DNA from: Candidatus Iainarchaeum sp.
GTDB taxonomy: Archaea; Iainarchaeota; Iainarchaeia; Iainarchaeales; Iainarchaeaceae
Assembly: GCA_038895675.1 (NCBI GenBank)
Contig: JAWANB010000008.1
Span: 1-26,342 of the forward strand
Length of the DNA stretch: 26,342 nucleotides
Direction of reading: 5' to 3'
Every line of letters starts with the position of its first letter. Position 1 is the stretch's first letter. The translations under genes and the position numbers were made by a program. The notes beneath the pieces are model-generated. The model was given only the letters and a program-made list of their open reading frames with translations, ran no database searches and had not been told where the DNA came from. Positions 25,752-26,342 of this stretch are shown here, in pieces.

Positions 25752-26306
25752 TTATTCTTTCCATTCACATTTTGTTTGTTCGTTTTTTTTGCAAGTTTCA
25801 GGTGTAGTTAGTTTGTTGCATTCTTGGTTTGCTTTTTCTTGTTCTTCTAATGTTTTGTAGTAGTTTTTGTCTGCCATGCATTTTGTTTCTATTGTTTCTT
25901 GTGTTGTTTTTTGCATTATCGTAAAGTCTTTTTGGTCTGTCGTTTGCGGTTTTTTTGTGGTTTGTGTTTCAGTATTTATGAAAATAAATGAAAGTGTTAG
26001 CAATCCTAACATTGTAGTTATTGATAGTATTATTAGTATTTTGTTTTGTTGTTCTTTTTTTTCTAGCATGGTTATTGCTTTTTCTGTTAGTTTGTAATAT
26101 TTCCATTTTCTTCCTTCGTCTATTGCTTTTATTAGTTCTGTTTTTTCTAATATGTTTAAGTGTTCTTTTATCGTTGGTGTGCTTAGGTTGAGTTTTGTTG
26201 CTAATTCTGTTGCTGTGTAGTTTCTTTCTTTTAGTGCTTTTAGTATTTTTGTTCTTGTTGGTGATGCTAGTGCTTTGAATTCTTTGTTTGTTAGTTGCAG
26301 TTCCAT
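25752..26306 (-). CDS. ArsR-family HTH regulator with a single TM helix and C-terminal Cys-containing domain
   Basis: FKALASPTRTKILKAL...TATELA..LNLS.PTIKEHL..L....LI......RKWKYYKLT, then TM ILIILSITTMLGLLTLSFIFI, a Thr-rich linker and four Cys. Confidence 0.88.
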   Translation of the reverse strand: MELQLTNKEFKALASPTRTKILKALKERNYTATELATKLNLSTPTIKEHLNILEKTELIKAIDEGRKWKYYKLTEKAITMLEKKEQQNKILIILSITTMLGLLTLSFIFINTETQTTKKPQTTDQKDFTIMQKTTQETIETKCMADKNYYKTLEEQEKANQECNKLTTPETCKKNEQTKCEWKE

Positions 26307-26342
26307 CTTTTCACTACTTTATAGTACCCAAAAGACTAACAA

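Noticed and set aside
252..25768. Numerous F/L/V/C-rich (+) and K/N/R/T-rich (-) ORFs in the six-frame track, including long ones at 9875-10561, 10860-12068 and 12087-12836
   Set aside because: They overlap well-supported genes in antisense or alternate frames and are low-complexity. The strand skew depletes stop codons in shadow frames.
1..26342. CRISPR arrays, IS elements, integrases, inteins, rRNA or tRNA genes
   Set aside because: No regular repeat-spacer pattern or transposase/integrase motifs were seen. RFC-S, CDC48 and TopA have normal intein-free lengths.

Overview
Gene-dense core-genome region of an archaeon. Gene content (RFC-S/RFC-L, Orc1/Cdc6, CDC48, Nob1-like PIN, archaeal PheST, class III signal-peptide pilins, GGTG-type Shine-Dalgarno sites) suggests a small-genome, DPANN-like lineage; the lineage is inference. 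About 27 real CDSs are present: Nre C-terminus, MtaB-type methylthiotransferase, RFC-S, a degenerate class III RNR (NrdD) homologue, two Lrp/AsnC regulators, a short NFACT protein, a lipoprotein, TopA, CDC48, a six-gene convergent pilin-like cassette, RFC-L, Nob1-like, PheS/PheT, an MBL-fold protein, a nucleotidyltransferase, RNase Z, Cdc6, a site-2 protease and a membrane-anchored ArsR. Most other ORFs in the six-frame track are shadows of an extreme T/G bias of the + strand, which holds regardless of gene direction. Main leads: (1) that strand asymmetry, which splits codon and amino-acid usage by strand; (2) a repeated palindrome, TCGTCAATTG(A/C)CGA, at equivalent positions upstream of both arms of the pilin cassette, which includes a 55-aa pilin missing from the ORF track; (3) a catalytically dead NrdD retaining ATP cones; (4) a candidate ~95-nt structured RNA at 7687-7780; (5) a site-2 protease beside a membrane-anchored ArsR. 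No rRNA, tRNA, CRISPR array or mobile element was recognised.
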